Shown piece by piece: positions 29,697-39,109 of a stretch of 64,000 bases of DNA (within the stretch, counting starts at the first letter, position 1; every line of letters starts with the position of its first letter). The DNA is from a virus. Its lineage: Duplodnaviria > Heunggongvirae > Uroviricota > Caudoviricetes. A model generated the notes under the pieces. The model ran no database searches. It saw nothing but the letters and a program-made list of their open reading frames with translations, and was not told the DNA's origin. Where the stretch lies: positions 329,787 through 393,786 of IMG/VR virus record IMGVR_UViG_3300015214_000024, one strand, 5' to 3'. The position numbers and the translations under genes are program-made.

Positions 29697-29703
29697 AATT
29701 ACC

Positions 29704-31197
29704 TTATAAATTTATTTTAGTTACTTTATGTGGGAATTCTTTTAGTTTATAGAAAGCTTTGCGCTTTGTCAAATGTCTTTTACTGTATTTTAAAGAACTT
29801 GTAATGTCCCACACTTCAACGTGGTCTTTATCAGCAGCTTTTCTAACACCACGACCTAATGTTTGAATTACTTTAATAAAGCTTTTACCAACCTCAATAA
29901 CAACCAAGTTGAAAATACGTGGTATATTGATACCGGTGGACACGATGCCAGATGTTGCACCAACAATTACGTTATCACTATCATTAATTCGGTCATACTC
30001 TGCAACTCGAGCTTTTGATTTGTCCTTTCCTGAAATAAAAGTCATTTCAGGAATCAATTCTGCCAAAAGCTTACCACAGTCAATTCTATCAAAAACTACT
30101 AAGGTGTTTCCAGTCTTGGCGATATCCTGTATCATAGTAGCAATTTTTTCCATACGCTTTCTATTCTTAAGCAAATAGTCAAGCTCTTCGTGATATGTCT
30201 TGTATTCGCCAGTATCTTGTACTTGCATTATATTAATATTACAACTACTTAAGAATCCAGCGTCTTGAAGTTCCTTTGTTGTAACTTCATTAACTGTTTC
30301 TCCCAACAATGCCTTGACAGAAACTTTCTGAAATTCATATTCTGGCAAGGTACCAGTCATTCCCCACCTCAAAGGAGTATTTCGAAATGGTCCAGTTAGA
30401 AGATCATTCATAGCATCTTGTTTTGCGCCGTGACACTCATCAACAATCACAGCCACCACTCCATCAAGGAAAGTTTCAATGACATTTAAACCGTCAATAA
30501 TTCCCATTTTCATCAAATTATTAAGACTCTGCCAAGTCACAATTGTGTGCTGACAACCAAGTTCTTTACGATCACCGTAAAAGACTCCAGCATCTAAACC
30601 AACATTTATGTAATCTTTATAAGTTTGATTGACCAAGTCCTTGGTAGGAACAATGATAATTGTCCGTGGTTTCTCAATTAGTTCGTCGTTTTTATAAACT
30701 GTCGCTTTTTCAACGACATAACTCATTGCAGCACTGAAAATTGTCTTACCAAAACTGACTGTAAGCTCTTGTACTGATTGTCGATTTTCAACAAAGTGCT
30801 TTACTGCTTCTATTTGATAATCACGCAACGTAATTGGCTGACCTTCAGCCGGGTGGCCTTTTGGCCAAACTTTACCATCGAAAATGTTTTCATCAAAATC
30901 GGCAAAAGTTATATCATATTTTTGTCGCTGGTCATCAAGAAGAATCTCATAACCATCGTTTTGCACAATTGGAAGCAAGATGTCTAATAAATTTAGATAA
31001 GTGTCACCACCAATTGTGCAAAAGGACTTCTTGCCATCCCATCTACCCATCCTAACACTTGGCTGGAATCGAGCACCAGGAACTTCATATTTTACTGCAT
31101 TTACCAATTTACGCCTTGTACCAGGATTTAAATTGGAGAACTTAATGTTCACCTCATCAAATACAGTTAATAGTGTTTGATTTTCGTTCAATTCCAT
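29704..31197 (-). CDS. uvsW: UvsW-like SF2 DNA helicase
   Basis: LRDYQ Q-motif, GKT, VDECH, GMTGT, STGINIP, QTLGRGVR; GRWDG N-domain. Confidence 0.92.
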   Translation of the reverse strand: MELNENQTLLTVFDEVNIKFSNLNPGTRRKLVNAVKYEVPGARFQPSVRMGRWDGKKSFCTIGGDTYLNLLDILLPIVQNDGYEILLDDQRQKYDITFADFDENIFDGKVWPKGHPAEGQPITLRDYQIEAVKHFVENRQSVQELTVSFGKTIFSAAMSYVVEKATVYKNDELIEKPRTIIIVPTKDLVNQTYKDYINVGLDAGVFYGDRKELGCQHTIVTWQSLNNLMKMGIIDGLNVIETFLDGVVAVIVDECHGAKQDAMNDLLTGPFRNTPLRWGMTGTLPEYEFQKVSVKALLGETVNEVTTKELQDAGFLSSCNINIMQVQDTGEYKTYHEELDYLLKNRKRMEKIATMIQDIAKTGNTLVVFDRIDCGKLLAELIPEMTFISGKDKSKARVAEYDRINDSDNVIVGATSGIVSTGINIPRIFNLVVIEVGKSFIKVIQTLGRGVRKAADKDHVEVWDITSSLKYSKRHLTKRKAFYKLKEFPHKVTKINL

Positions 31198-31206
31198 TTA
31201 CTATCC

Positions 31207-31701
31207 TCAAATGCTCGCATCTTCAATTCCCGCAGCTCTTAATTTTGTTATATTGGATATTTGCCAATTTTTGATATCAAGTGATTTAATCAATCCAGTA
31301 AATTGATTCCTAACTAATGCGAAATAATTCAACAAATAGGAAAAATCTACGTATTCATCGTCACCTTCAACATATTTTTCAGCTTCTCGGACTGTCAGTT
31401 GTTTGTTGTATTTGGTTGTATAATATTCCAACCGCTCTTTTCTTATTTTTCGAAGCCGAATATTCAAATACTCAACAATACTTTCAATCTCTTGAAGTTG
31501 ACTATACCTATACTCAAACAGCCCAGGTAGGCGGGCCGAAGCTTGTTCTAAATTACCTTTAACTGAAATTTCTGCTTTGGCAGCTTTCAATTGTTCTTCA
31601 AAATATTGAACTGCATCAGGTATCAAGTCTAATTTCGCTTCTAAACAAATTTGATTGTACCAATAATTAAGTCCACATTGCTGTGCCGCCACCTGGGTCA
31701 T
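31207..31701 (-). CDS. uvsY: Recombination mediator UvsY-like
   Basis: AEKYVEGD...KNWQISNITKLRAAG; lies between uvsX and uvsW. Confidence 0.75.
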   Translation of the reverse strand: MTQVAAQQCGLNYWYNQICLEAKLDLIPDAVQYFEEQLKAAKAEISVKGNLEQASARLPGLFEYRYSQLQEIESIVEYLNIRLRKIRKERLEYYTTKYNKQLTVREAEKYVEGDDEYVDFSYLLNYFALVRNQFTGLIKSLDIKNWQISNITKLRAAGIEDASI

Positions 31702-31726
31702 TATTACCTCATTTTATGATGACCAT

Positions 31727-31942
31727 TCAGTAAGGAAGGTCATCATCCTCTTCGTCGTCTTCAGAATCATCAATTTTCAAGTATTCATCAAGTTGATCAT
31801 TAATACCATATAAATCTTCTCTATCCATACCATCCATAACTGCGGCATCGACCATTTCTTCAAAAAAACCTTCGTGATCCGACTCAACAATATACTCAAG
31901 AGCCTTTGTTATCGCCAAATCAACCAGTTCACGTAAATTCAT
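31727..31942 (-). CDS. Small acidic hypothetical protein
   Basis: 71 aa; Asp/Glu-rich tail. Confidence 0.6.
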   Translation of the reverse strand: MNLRELVDLAITKALEYIVESDHEGFFEEMVDAAVMDGMDREDLYGINDQLDEYLKIDDSEDDEEDDDLPY

Positions 31943-32016
31943 ACCAATTCCTTTTCTTTTTTTCTTTTTACTTTAAAGATTATGATTCTAAACGTCGATT
32001 TTTATTTCAAATAGAA

Positions 32017-32048
32017 TGTGGTCAGGTCTCCCCCAAGACCTGACCACA
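32017..32048 (-). terminator. Stem-loop after uvsX
   Basis: tgtggtcaggtct-ccccca-agacctgaccaca perfect 13-bp stem. Confidence 0.7.
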
Positions 32049-32054
32049 ATGTCT

Positions 32055-33146
32055 TCACTCTTCAGTGTCTTCTTCAGCAGTTTGATTCATAGAAGTTTCA
32101 AGCTTTTCAGCAAATGCCTTATCTTCGCGGCTAATTGAGTATGGATTTTCATCCATAATCTGCTGTAGATGGTCATCTTTCCACTGCTTCTTAAACAGCT
32201 TAATCTCTGTACCATCTTTGGCAGTATATTTCAATTTATTACCGTCTTTAACAAGCAAGCCATCCATTTCAAAAAGTTCCAAAAGCCCGCTATATGGATC
32301 AAGACCAGTTGACCACGGAATTTCAATTGTTGTTTTTTCAAATGGTTTGTTGTATCGAGTCTTGTAACTCATACAAGTGGTTTTGATACCGTGAACACCA
32401 GTTGCTGTTGCTACCTGATCCTCATCGGATACTTCTTTCAATTTAAACTTACGCATAGCAATAACAATTGAGCTTGCATAAACGATACCATCACCACCAG
32501 TAATTTTAGCATCTGGATTAAACATATCCTGTGATGCATACGTGTGGTTAGTCATCAAGAAACCAATATCTTTCTGTTCGCACAGATAGATGCAGTTCTT
32601 AATAAAACGCTTCAATTGCTTTGCTAACTGACCTTGGTCACCTTTGGAATCACCCTTAAGGAAGTTTTCCTGGCCACTTTCAGTTTCTAACATACCAACA
32701 GAGTCAAGTACAATTAGAACTGGTTGATCTGCGCCAGATTCTTTGAGTGCGCTGATAAATTCAGCAACCATTTCAGTACAAGTAGACACAGTAAACACTG
32801 GAATACGCATAAAATTGTTTTCAGTATCCACTCCTGCATTTTTCAACCAAGCTTCGTCACCTGCACCTTCTGAGTCAAGCAATACTACGAAAGCATTGTG
32901 ATCATTTTGTGCATTTCTCATAACTTGAGCTGCAATGAGTGATTTACCAGATCCAGATTCACCGGCCAACATATTAACCTTTGAAAGAGGGAAGCCTCTG
33001 TTGTAATCGCCTGATATTAAACGGTTAAGGGCATAGTTACCTGTGCTGATCCAAATTCGAGGATCACTAAATCCAACAGGAATGTCTAATTTTTCAGTAA
33101 GCTTCCTGCGGAATTTTGTTGGGTCAAAAGTTTTTGTTACAGTCAT
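32055..33146 (-). CDS. uvsX: RecA-like recombinase UvsX
   Basis: ISTGNYALN, Walker A GESGSGKS, LDSE, IVLDSVG, TNHTY, YASS. Confidence 0.93.
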   Translation of the reverse strand: MTVTKTFDPTKFRRKLTEKLDIPVGFSDPRIWISTGNYALNRLISGDYNRGFPLSKVNMLAGESGSGKSLIAAQVMRNAQNDHNAFVVLLDSEGAGDEAWLKNAGVDTENNFMRIPVFTVSTCTEMVAEFISALKESGADQPVLIVLDSVGMLETESGQENFLKGDSKGDQGQLAKQLKRFIKNCIYLCEQKDIGFLMTNHTYASQDMFNPDAKITGGDGIVYASSIVIAMRKFKLKEVSDEDQVATATGVHGIKTTCMSYKTRYNKPFEKTTIEIPWSTGLDPYSGLLELFEMDGLLVKDGNKLKYTAKDGTEIKLFKKQWKDDHLQQIMDENPYSISREDKAFAEKLETSMNQTAEEDTEE

Positions 33147-33180
33147 TATAATACACTCTCCAATAGAAATATTTGTCTAG

Positions 33181-33206
33181 TTTGGTGGCAGGCAACTGCC
33201 ACCAAA
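33181..33206 (-). terminator. Stem-loop between gp32 and uvsX
   Basis: tttggtggcag-gcaa-ctgccaccaaa perfect stem. Confidence 0.65.
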
Positions 33207-33215
33207 TCGTTTTGC

Positions 33216-34214
33216 TTAGTTACCAGCTCTACGAGCAGCAATTTCAGCCAACATTTCTTGTGGAGTTTTCTTTTTACCTGACTCAACAGTGGAAGCAGTC
33301 GTTGAAGCTGGTGCTGATACCGTTTCCTCAACAGCAGGTGTACCAGTATCAAACGGTGGTGTATCATCATCTGTTCCAGCAGTATCAGCTGGCTTTGTGA
33401 AACCAGATGATTGTGTAGCTGAATCGTCAGTCTTTAAACCAAACGGCTTATAGAACTTTGCCCAGCGGTCTGGATCATACTGCTCACCATCAACTGATGC
33501 TTGGAACATTTCTGCAATAGCATTGAGAGTGTCAGCATCTGGCTTCTTTGGCAAGAAATCATTAAGATTGAACAAACCGTGTGTTTCAATTGCTTTGAGC
33601 TCTTCTTCAGTCAACGGGCTTGTTTTACGTGAATATGATGACGCACTGTAATCAGCATATTGGCCCTTCTTACCCTTTACAATTCGGAAATCAGTACCGT
33701 GGCTGTAGTCTGTTGGAATTTCTTCCATATCCGGATCCAAAATACCATTATGAATTGTAGTATAAAGTGTCTTGTTGATCACAAAACGACGGATTGGATT
33801 TTCTGGTGAATTCTGTTCCTGGATTGGGTTGACACGAACGAACCCTTGGAACAGGAATGAACGCTTCTTCCAGTAAGAACGAGCAACGTCTTCCAACTGA
33901 TTGTCCTTGAACCAAGGACGAATTTCAGTTAAAATTGGGCAGGTTTCTCCCCACATTTCCATACAAGGTACCTGGATCTCAACCGGCTTATTGCTTTGGC
34001 CTTTGATGCCAGAAAATTTGAGCTTAATCTTCTGCATTTCTCTCCAGAAATATTCATTGGAGTTATCACCATCCGGTAGGAAGCGAAGGTGTGCAGTCTC
34101 GCCTTCTGGAATGTCCCAGAATGGATAAGAGGCGCCATCATTTGAGGAAGTACGTTCTTTATTCTGATTGCTAAGAAGTTTAGCGCGAATTTCTTTTAAA
34201 CTTAATTGTGCCAT
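33216..34214 (-). CDS. gp32: Single-stranded DNA-binding protein (T4 gp32-like)
   Basis: LRFLPDG, CMEMWGETCP, YWKKRS, GTDFRIVK...YADYSAS; low-complexity tail. Confidence 0.88.
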   Translation of the reverse strand: MAQLSLKEIRAKLLSNQNKERTSSNDGASYPFWDIPEGETAHLRFLPDGDNSNEYFWREMQKIKLKFSGIKGQSNKPVEIQVPCMEMWGETCPILTEIRPWFKDNQLEDVARSYWKKRSFLFQGFVRVNPIQEQNSPENPIRRFVINKTLYTTIHNGILDPDMEEIPTDYSHGTDFRIVKGKKGQYADYSASSYSRKTSPLTEEELKAIETHGLFNLNDFLPKKPDADTLNAIAEMFQASVDGEQYDPDRWAKFYKPFGLKTDDSATQSSGFTKPADTAGTDDDTPPFDTGTPAVEETVSAPASTTASTVESGKKKTPQEMLAEIAARRAGN

Positions 34215-34322
34215 TTTATTAGTTCCTTATTAGTATTATTATTAGTATAATGTTAGTTTTTGGTGAATCTCTCTTTCACTTATTGAAGTAATTCTTCAAT
34301 ACCGCGACTACTATCGCTACTT

Positions 34323-34330
34323 TATTTATA
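34323..34330 (-). promoter_or_regulatory. T4 late promoter consensus TATAAATA upstream of gp32
   Basis: tatttata on + strand. Confidence 0.6.
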
Positions 34331-34405
34331 CATCGTGTGCGAAAAATATTTCAGTAACTAAACATTACTTTGTCAATATATGGCACCGACGTACTTTCAG
34401 TCAAT

Positions 34406-34435
34406 AAATTAATGGGCCCGAAGGCCCATTAATTT
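34406..34435. terminator. Intrinsic terminator with cUUCGg tetraloop
   Basis: aaattaatgggcc-cgaa-ggcccattaattt; UUCG loop on minus strand as in T4 terminators. Confidence 0.85.
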
Positions 34436-36807
34436 TATGCTACGTGGTCTGATCCGATCTTTCCTTCATCCCACAAAATGTTAAATGCATCGTTGATCGC
34501 ATCACGAGCCATTGGGTCACTCATCATAAAGCTATATTTGTGACCATTTGGGTAGCTGTCAATGCCAGTTTCGATTATTTGGTCTACGTCATCAATTGAA
34601 GGGTTGAATTCTTCAATTTTCTCACCCATCTTTTCAACAATTGTCAAATATGCGTCATTCATTACTTGAATAAACATTGGATCTTCAGCCAATTCGTTTG
34701 CATACAAATTTTCACTCGATACTACGAAATCTGGTGCTTCAAAAAAATCTTCATCTTCAGTCAATTCACCAGTCAAATCCATCGAACTACCAGCCTTACC
34801 ACCAGTTAACAAGCCAATAAAGCTTCTGTCATCGATTTCAAATTCATATAGTACACGATGTACCACATCCAATTCCAATATAGCGTCTATTGCATCTCTG
34901 GCTGTAGAAGCTAGGACAATAACGGTCAAAGCATTGTCACGCTCCAATTCTGCCACCATTGGTAAGCCGCCCATATTCAGCTCGTTTCTAAATTTATCAA
35001 CTGGACGACCATCCGCCATTAAAAATAATGCTGATTCCACATCAGTCATACCTTTATGCTCGATTTCAATGCGTTCTGGTGTGAAATCTACTGAAAGTAT
35101 GAATGCTCGTTCAATGTCAGTCTCAGTAAGTGTCGATTCGTCCATTTGACCTGACTTACGATGTTCTTTTTTTGCTTCCATCCAGCCATCTTTTCCTGAT
35201 GGATCTGTTGGGCAAGGTTGGCCATTCTCGAAAGCTTCATATCCAGATTCCCAAGCATCACGAGCATATGCTTCATCAAGCTCATCGTCAAATTCTTTTA
35301 AACCATATTTTTTAAAATAATCTATTAATTCTGGCTTTAGTTTTCTAAATTCACTATATGGTTTATTATAAAAATGCTTACTAAAAACATGATCAGCTGC
35401 GTCATGAGCATAATCGAAATGTCTTATAGCGTTGTATATGCTTGATCGCATAGTTTCACCCGTTGCATCTTTATCATCCAACATTCTTTCAAATTGCGAT
35501 GTTCCTTCATCAATTTCTTTTTTTCGGGCGTTTTTGTTATGCTTACGCTGTTTAAAACGTTCCTGGCGATCCCAATCATCATCGTCAGCATCTGGATCAT
35601 ATCGGTAATCTTTACCTTCATCAAAATCTCGCATCATTCGATCATCACGCATTTGGTCATATTTGTAATCTGCATAATCAGCTTCTTGATCGGAAGCGTC
35701 TTGTGTTGCTTCATCAAACAATCGATTTGCGTCCTTAGGATTTACTACGTCCATTAAACTGTGATCTGTTCCTTTTTCGCATACATCAGTAATTACTACA
35801 CCGCCTTGGTAGCCTACTGACGGATCAGACTCTTCAATTTCATAATGAACAGTCACTTCAACATCGTCGCGATCTGGTAAGTCGATATAACTATCAAAGC
35901 TACTCCCTGATGGCTTAAATTTGGCCTCTTCTAGATCTTCTCCAATTTTAAATTTGCCGTCCTGGTCAAATTCAATGTCATTTTGATCGTCAGTTGGTGC
36001 TGGACCATAATTATCACCGTCATCATTTCCTACACCATTATCTGAAGTAGTAATTTCGCCAGTTGTGCTGCTACCGTTGCCACCTTCAGCTATTTTTCGA
36101 TATTCTTCAACAACATCTTCCTTAATATTATCAACAATCCAACTATTCATATCTTCTACAGAATCAAACGTACCAATGTGAATTGGTGCCTCGCTCTCAT
36201 CTTCAGATGGAAATTCAATCAATTCAACTTTCCCGCTACTAATATCATAACACAATGGCAAATATGAATGGTGATAGATACCTTCACTTTCATAGGTCCA
36301 ATCTGAATCATTATCTGATTCTGCTACTTGGTCTGAAACGGTAACTTCATATTCATCGTTCTTTTCGAAATTACTTGGTTCAATTACTGGAGTCTCTTCA
36401 TTCACTGGTGTATTGTATGCTTTTTGCATCCATTCATCTTGATCTTGAGCTTCAACATTGGTATTGATAATGACTGGCTTATTGATCATATCATCATAAT
36501 CAGCATAGTGGTATTTGCCAGTATCTTTAGTCAATTCAGCTGCTTCCTTTTCAGGATCGCCGGTCTTCGGAAGGATAACGTCTTCTGACACTACCTTAAG
36601 CATCATTTCTGACAAATTAACAATACGATGTTCATTCATTTTATTAGTTCCTTCACGTTTAACCTTTTCAATTGTTACGGTTTTTCTTCCTCTACGATAG
36701 GCAAATGGTAAAACTTTATTCTGATCGTGAAATAATGCCAATCTTTGACCAGTTTCTTTATCTTTTACTATCCAATCGTGCCCATCATCAAATGGTTCTT
36801 TTTCCAT
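34435..36807 (-). CDS. Large acidic mosaic protein, putative head-internal polyprotein
   Basis: 790 aa; small modules separated by VSED, VNEE, VAES, IAEG, LEEA, FDEG, IDEG, LDEA, MDES, LTED motifs. Confidence 0.55.
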   Translation of the reverse strand: MEKEPFDDGHDWIVKDKETGQRLALFHDQNKVLPFAYRRGRKTVTIEKVKREGTNKMNEHRIVNLSEMMLKVVSEDVILPKTGDPEKEAAELTKDTGKYHYADYDDMINKPVIINTNVEAQDQDEWMQKAYNTPVNEETPVIEPSNFEKNDEYEVTVSDQVAESDNDSDWTYESEGIYHHSYLPLCYDISSGKVELIEFPSEDESEAPIHIGTFDSVEDMNSWIVDNIKEDVVEEYRKIAEGGNGSSTTGEITTSDNGVGNDDGDNYGPAPTDDQNDIEFDQDGKFKIGEDLEEAKFKPSGSSFDSYIDLPDRDDVEVTVHYEIEESDPSVGYQGGVVITDVCEKGTDHSLMDVVNPKDANRLFDEATQDASDQEADYADYKYDQMRDDRMMRDFDEGKDYRYDPDADDDDWDRQERFKQRKHNKNARKKEIDEGTSQFERMLDDKDATGETMRSSIYNAIRHFDYAHDAADHVFSKHFYNKPYSEFRKLKPELIDYFKKYGLKEFDDELDEAYARDAWESGYEAFENGQPCPTDPSGKDGWMEAKKEHRKSGQMDESTLTETDIERAFILSVDFTPERIEIEHKGMTDVESALFLMADGRPVDKFRNELNMGGLPMVAELERDNALTVIVLASTARDAIDAILELDVVHRVLYEFEIDDRSFIGLLTGGKAGSSMDLTGELTEDEDFFEAPDFVVSSENLYANELAEDPMFIQVMNDAYLTIVEKMGEKIEEFNPSIDDVDQIIETGIDSYPNGHKYSFMMSDPMARDAINDAFNILWDEGKIGSDHVA

Positions 36808-36809
36808 AA

Positions 36810-38279
36810 TTATCCCTTTGACGAAAATTTATCTAAAGCTGCATCCATTTCTGCCAAAGCATCATCATATGATATTTTATATTTAGCTGAAATTTGATGC
36901 ACTGCTTGGTCTGTCGCAACTCGATGGCCCATCCCCTGGCCAATTGTTTTCATACAATCGACCCATATATTATACATATCTTTGGCGCGCGAATCACCTT
37001 CGCTCTCATTAACAAACTGTGCTTGGCCGTAAAACTCTTGAGCTTTTATTGTTTGCATATCATCCACTAACTTCTTATTTCTTGCCAACATTCGATCTAT
37101 TGTAATTTCATTTGGATTTTTAGGAATAAGCTTATCCTTTTCTGCCAAATCAGTTACCAGTTCTTTAATCTCTTTATATGATTCAGAATTGGCAAATTCA
37201 GAACAAATGTCCTCAATTGCATCGTGAACGCTGAGCTTATGACGTTTCACGTCGAGGGATTTCATTCTCCAAGCGCGCGCAATATCGTTTCGTTCTTGAT
37301 CTTCAATAAATTCCAATACCATTGACTTAATGGGCCAGGACAAATGCTTTGACACATCATAGGCTATGCCAAGTTGTAGCATCTCATTAACTATTTGTGG
37401 TAAATTTTCTTTCGAAGCGTTATTGGCCTTTTGCAAATATTTTGAAACAATATTCTCACCATATTCTTCATCCAGTCTGTCTGATGGTACTAATGTCATC
37501 GCCCAATGCTCAAAATCAAGTGATTCCTTCAATGGCTTTGGTGCAAATCGATTAACAAAATCATTATATCGACGTTTTGATGAATAATTTTTCTTCAATT
37601 CTTCTCTTAAAGATATGTAGTGAGCTCGGATCCAAAATTTCTTTTCTGGGTCTTCTTCAGTAAGATGTTGTGATCTTAAACCTTCCATTGTTTCAACCAT
37701 CTCTAAAATTTTATTTGAGATTGAATCGCCATAAAGGCCTTCATTATTTAAATGATAAGCAATTGCTCTCGCAGCATGTAAATTTTCATGAGGGATTTTA
37801 AATCGTTCACCGTCCGAAGTTTCGACAAAAATTTGCTTGATGTTTTTAGTTCTGGCGCCGCGCTTTTCTTCATTAACAGCGGTTGAGTGGCGTATAATCA
37901 CTTTTGCGCCGCCAATTTTCTGATAGCTTGATTTAGAACTACCATAAAGATTCTCCAAAACTGGAGTGTTCGAGAAATCTTTTGGAGTCAACTTTTTACC
38001 GTATGTTCTCAATTTATATTTGTATCTATTGTTGAGTGCTATTTTACGTAATCTAGACCCATAACGGTCTTCAAAACTTTTTGCATCAACACCATCACTT
38101 AACGATACTTCAAGTGTTTGTTCAGTATCATTAATTTCAATCATGATATTGTCGTTCTTCAAAAAGAAACTTTCAGCCTCTTCTGGCTCATAAACAATAT
38201 TGCCTTCATGGTTATATATGGCCATTGGTTCACTACCAATAACCTGATATATCTCCTTGGCAAAACCTTCTTTAGACAT
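36810..38279 (-). CDS. Putative virion/head protein downstream of terminase
   Basis: 489 aa; GSSKSSYQ...IIRHS...IFVETSDGERFK...ARAIAYH core; ATAAATA at 38306-38312. Confidence 0.6.
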   Translation of the reverse strand: MSKEGFAKEIYQVIGSEPMAIYNHEGNIVYEPEEAESFFLKNDNIMIEINDTEQTLEVSLSDGVDAKSFEDRYGSRLRKIALNNRYKYKLRTYGKKLTPKDFSNTPVLENLYGSSKSSYQKIGGAKVIIRHSTAVNEEKRGARTKNIKQIFVETSDGERFKIPHENLHAARAIAYHLNNEGLYGDSISNKILEMVETMEGLRSQHLTEEDPEKKFWIRAHYISLREELKKNYSSKRRYNDFVNRFAPKPLKESLDFEHWAMTLVPSDRLDEEYGENIVSKYLQKANNASKENLPQIVNEMLQLGIAYDVSKHLSWPIKSMVLEFIEDQERNDIARAWRMKSLDVKRHKLSVHDAIEDICSEFANSESYKEIKELVTDLAEKDKLIPKNPNEITIDRMLARNKKLVDDMQTIKAQEFYGQAQFVNESEGDSRAKDMYNIWVDCMKTIGQGMGHRVATDQAVHQISAKYKISYDDALAEMDAALDKFSSKG

Positions 38280-38335
38280 AGAGCTATCCCTTATAATTCT
38301 ATGTGTATTTATTTGGTTTTAAAAGAATATGAAAA

Positions 38336-39100
38336 TTAGATTTGGTCAATGAATTGACATTCATATTCTTGGGCAAACCGATCAGGTCCTAATGATTTCA
38401 AGGCATTTTGCTTAAAACTTTCATCACGGTCTGGGTGATCATTCCATCTAATAATAAATGGATGAAATCCATTGTTACCAGATACTGCACCTTGCCAGAG
38501 TTTATAAAATAAAGTATTTTTATTGCTAGGAGTAGATGTAACAATTATCTGTGATCCAATAGATGCACACGGAATAATACTTTGCCACAGCTCTGTGGCA
38601 TTATTTTGGTCAGCAAATGCAAAATCATCAAAATATATTAAATTCAGTGACCGGCCACGAGCACTATGTGGCGAATTAGTAGTCAATACGATTAACCCGG
38701 ATCCATTTTCAAAACGAAGTTCACGCTTGTTTCTAAGATCAATTTTTGGTTTTAAAAATGTAGGGAGTTGATCAAATGCAAATAGTAGACGGTTCAAAAT
38801 TTCTTGACCGTAAGCGATATTGTTACCTATTATAGCTATTTGAAAATCCAATTTAAAGATCAAATTCCATAACATATATGCAGTTGCTATTGAGGTATTT
38901 CCCATCTGTCGGGCTGTCATCCCAATGCACATTTTGCTATTTTCATATATGTTGATTATATTTTTTTGATAATCATAAAGATTGAAATACATTGATCCTT
39001 TAACTGGATGTTGAATCTTAAAATAATTTTCAATAAAATATGTGATACTGTCGTAACATTGTATCGTTTCAATTGCTTCGTATCTAGTAATAATATTCAT
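38336..39100 (-). CDS. Stand-alone terminase-ATPase paralogue with degenerate Walker A/B
   Basis: Aligns with the adjacent TerL N-domain (YFIENYxKIQHPVKG, TSTP, RFxxExxCxF) but RQMGNT replaces RQVGKT and FDDFAF replaces LDEFAF; no nuclease domain. Confidence 0.85.
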   Translation of the reverse strand: MNIITRYEAIETIQCYDSITYFIENYFKIQHPVKGSMYFNLYDYQKNIINIYENSKMCIGMTARQMGNTSIATAYMLWNLIFKLDFQIAIIGNNIAYGQEILNRLLFAFDQLPTFLKPKIDLRNKRELRFENGSGLIVLTTNSPHSARGRSLNLIYFDDFAFADQNNATELWQSIIPCASIGSQIIVTSTPSNKNTLFYKLWQGAVSGNNGFHPFIIRWNDHPDRDESFKQNALKSLGPDRFAQEYECQFIDQI

Positions 39101-39109
39101 AAGTAATCC

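Noticed and set aside
34345-34376. Sigma70 promoter upstream of gp32 (TTGACA at 34371-34376, minus strand)
   Set aside because: No convincing -10 hexamer at 16-18 nt spacing
34215-34434. CRISPR mini-array or ncRNA in the AT-rich gp32 leader (ttattagt-like repeats)
   Set aside because: Repeats are short, imperfect and without spacers; more consistent with an unstructured gp32-type autoregulatory leader, which I cannot demonstrate
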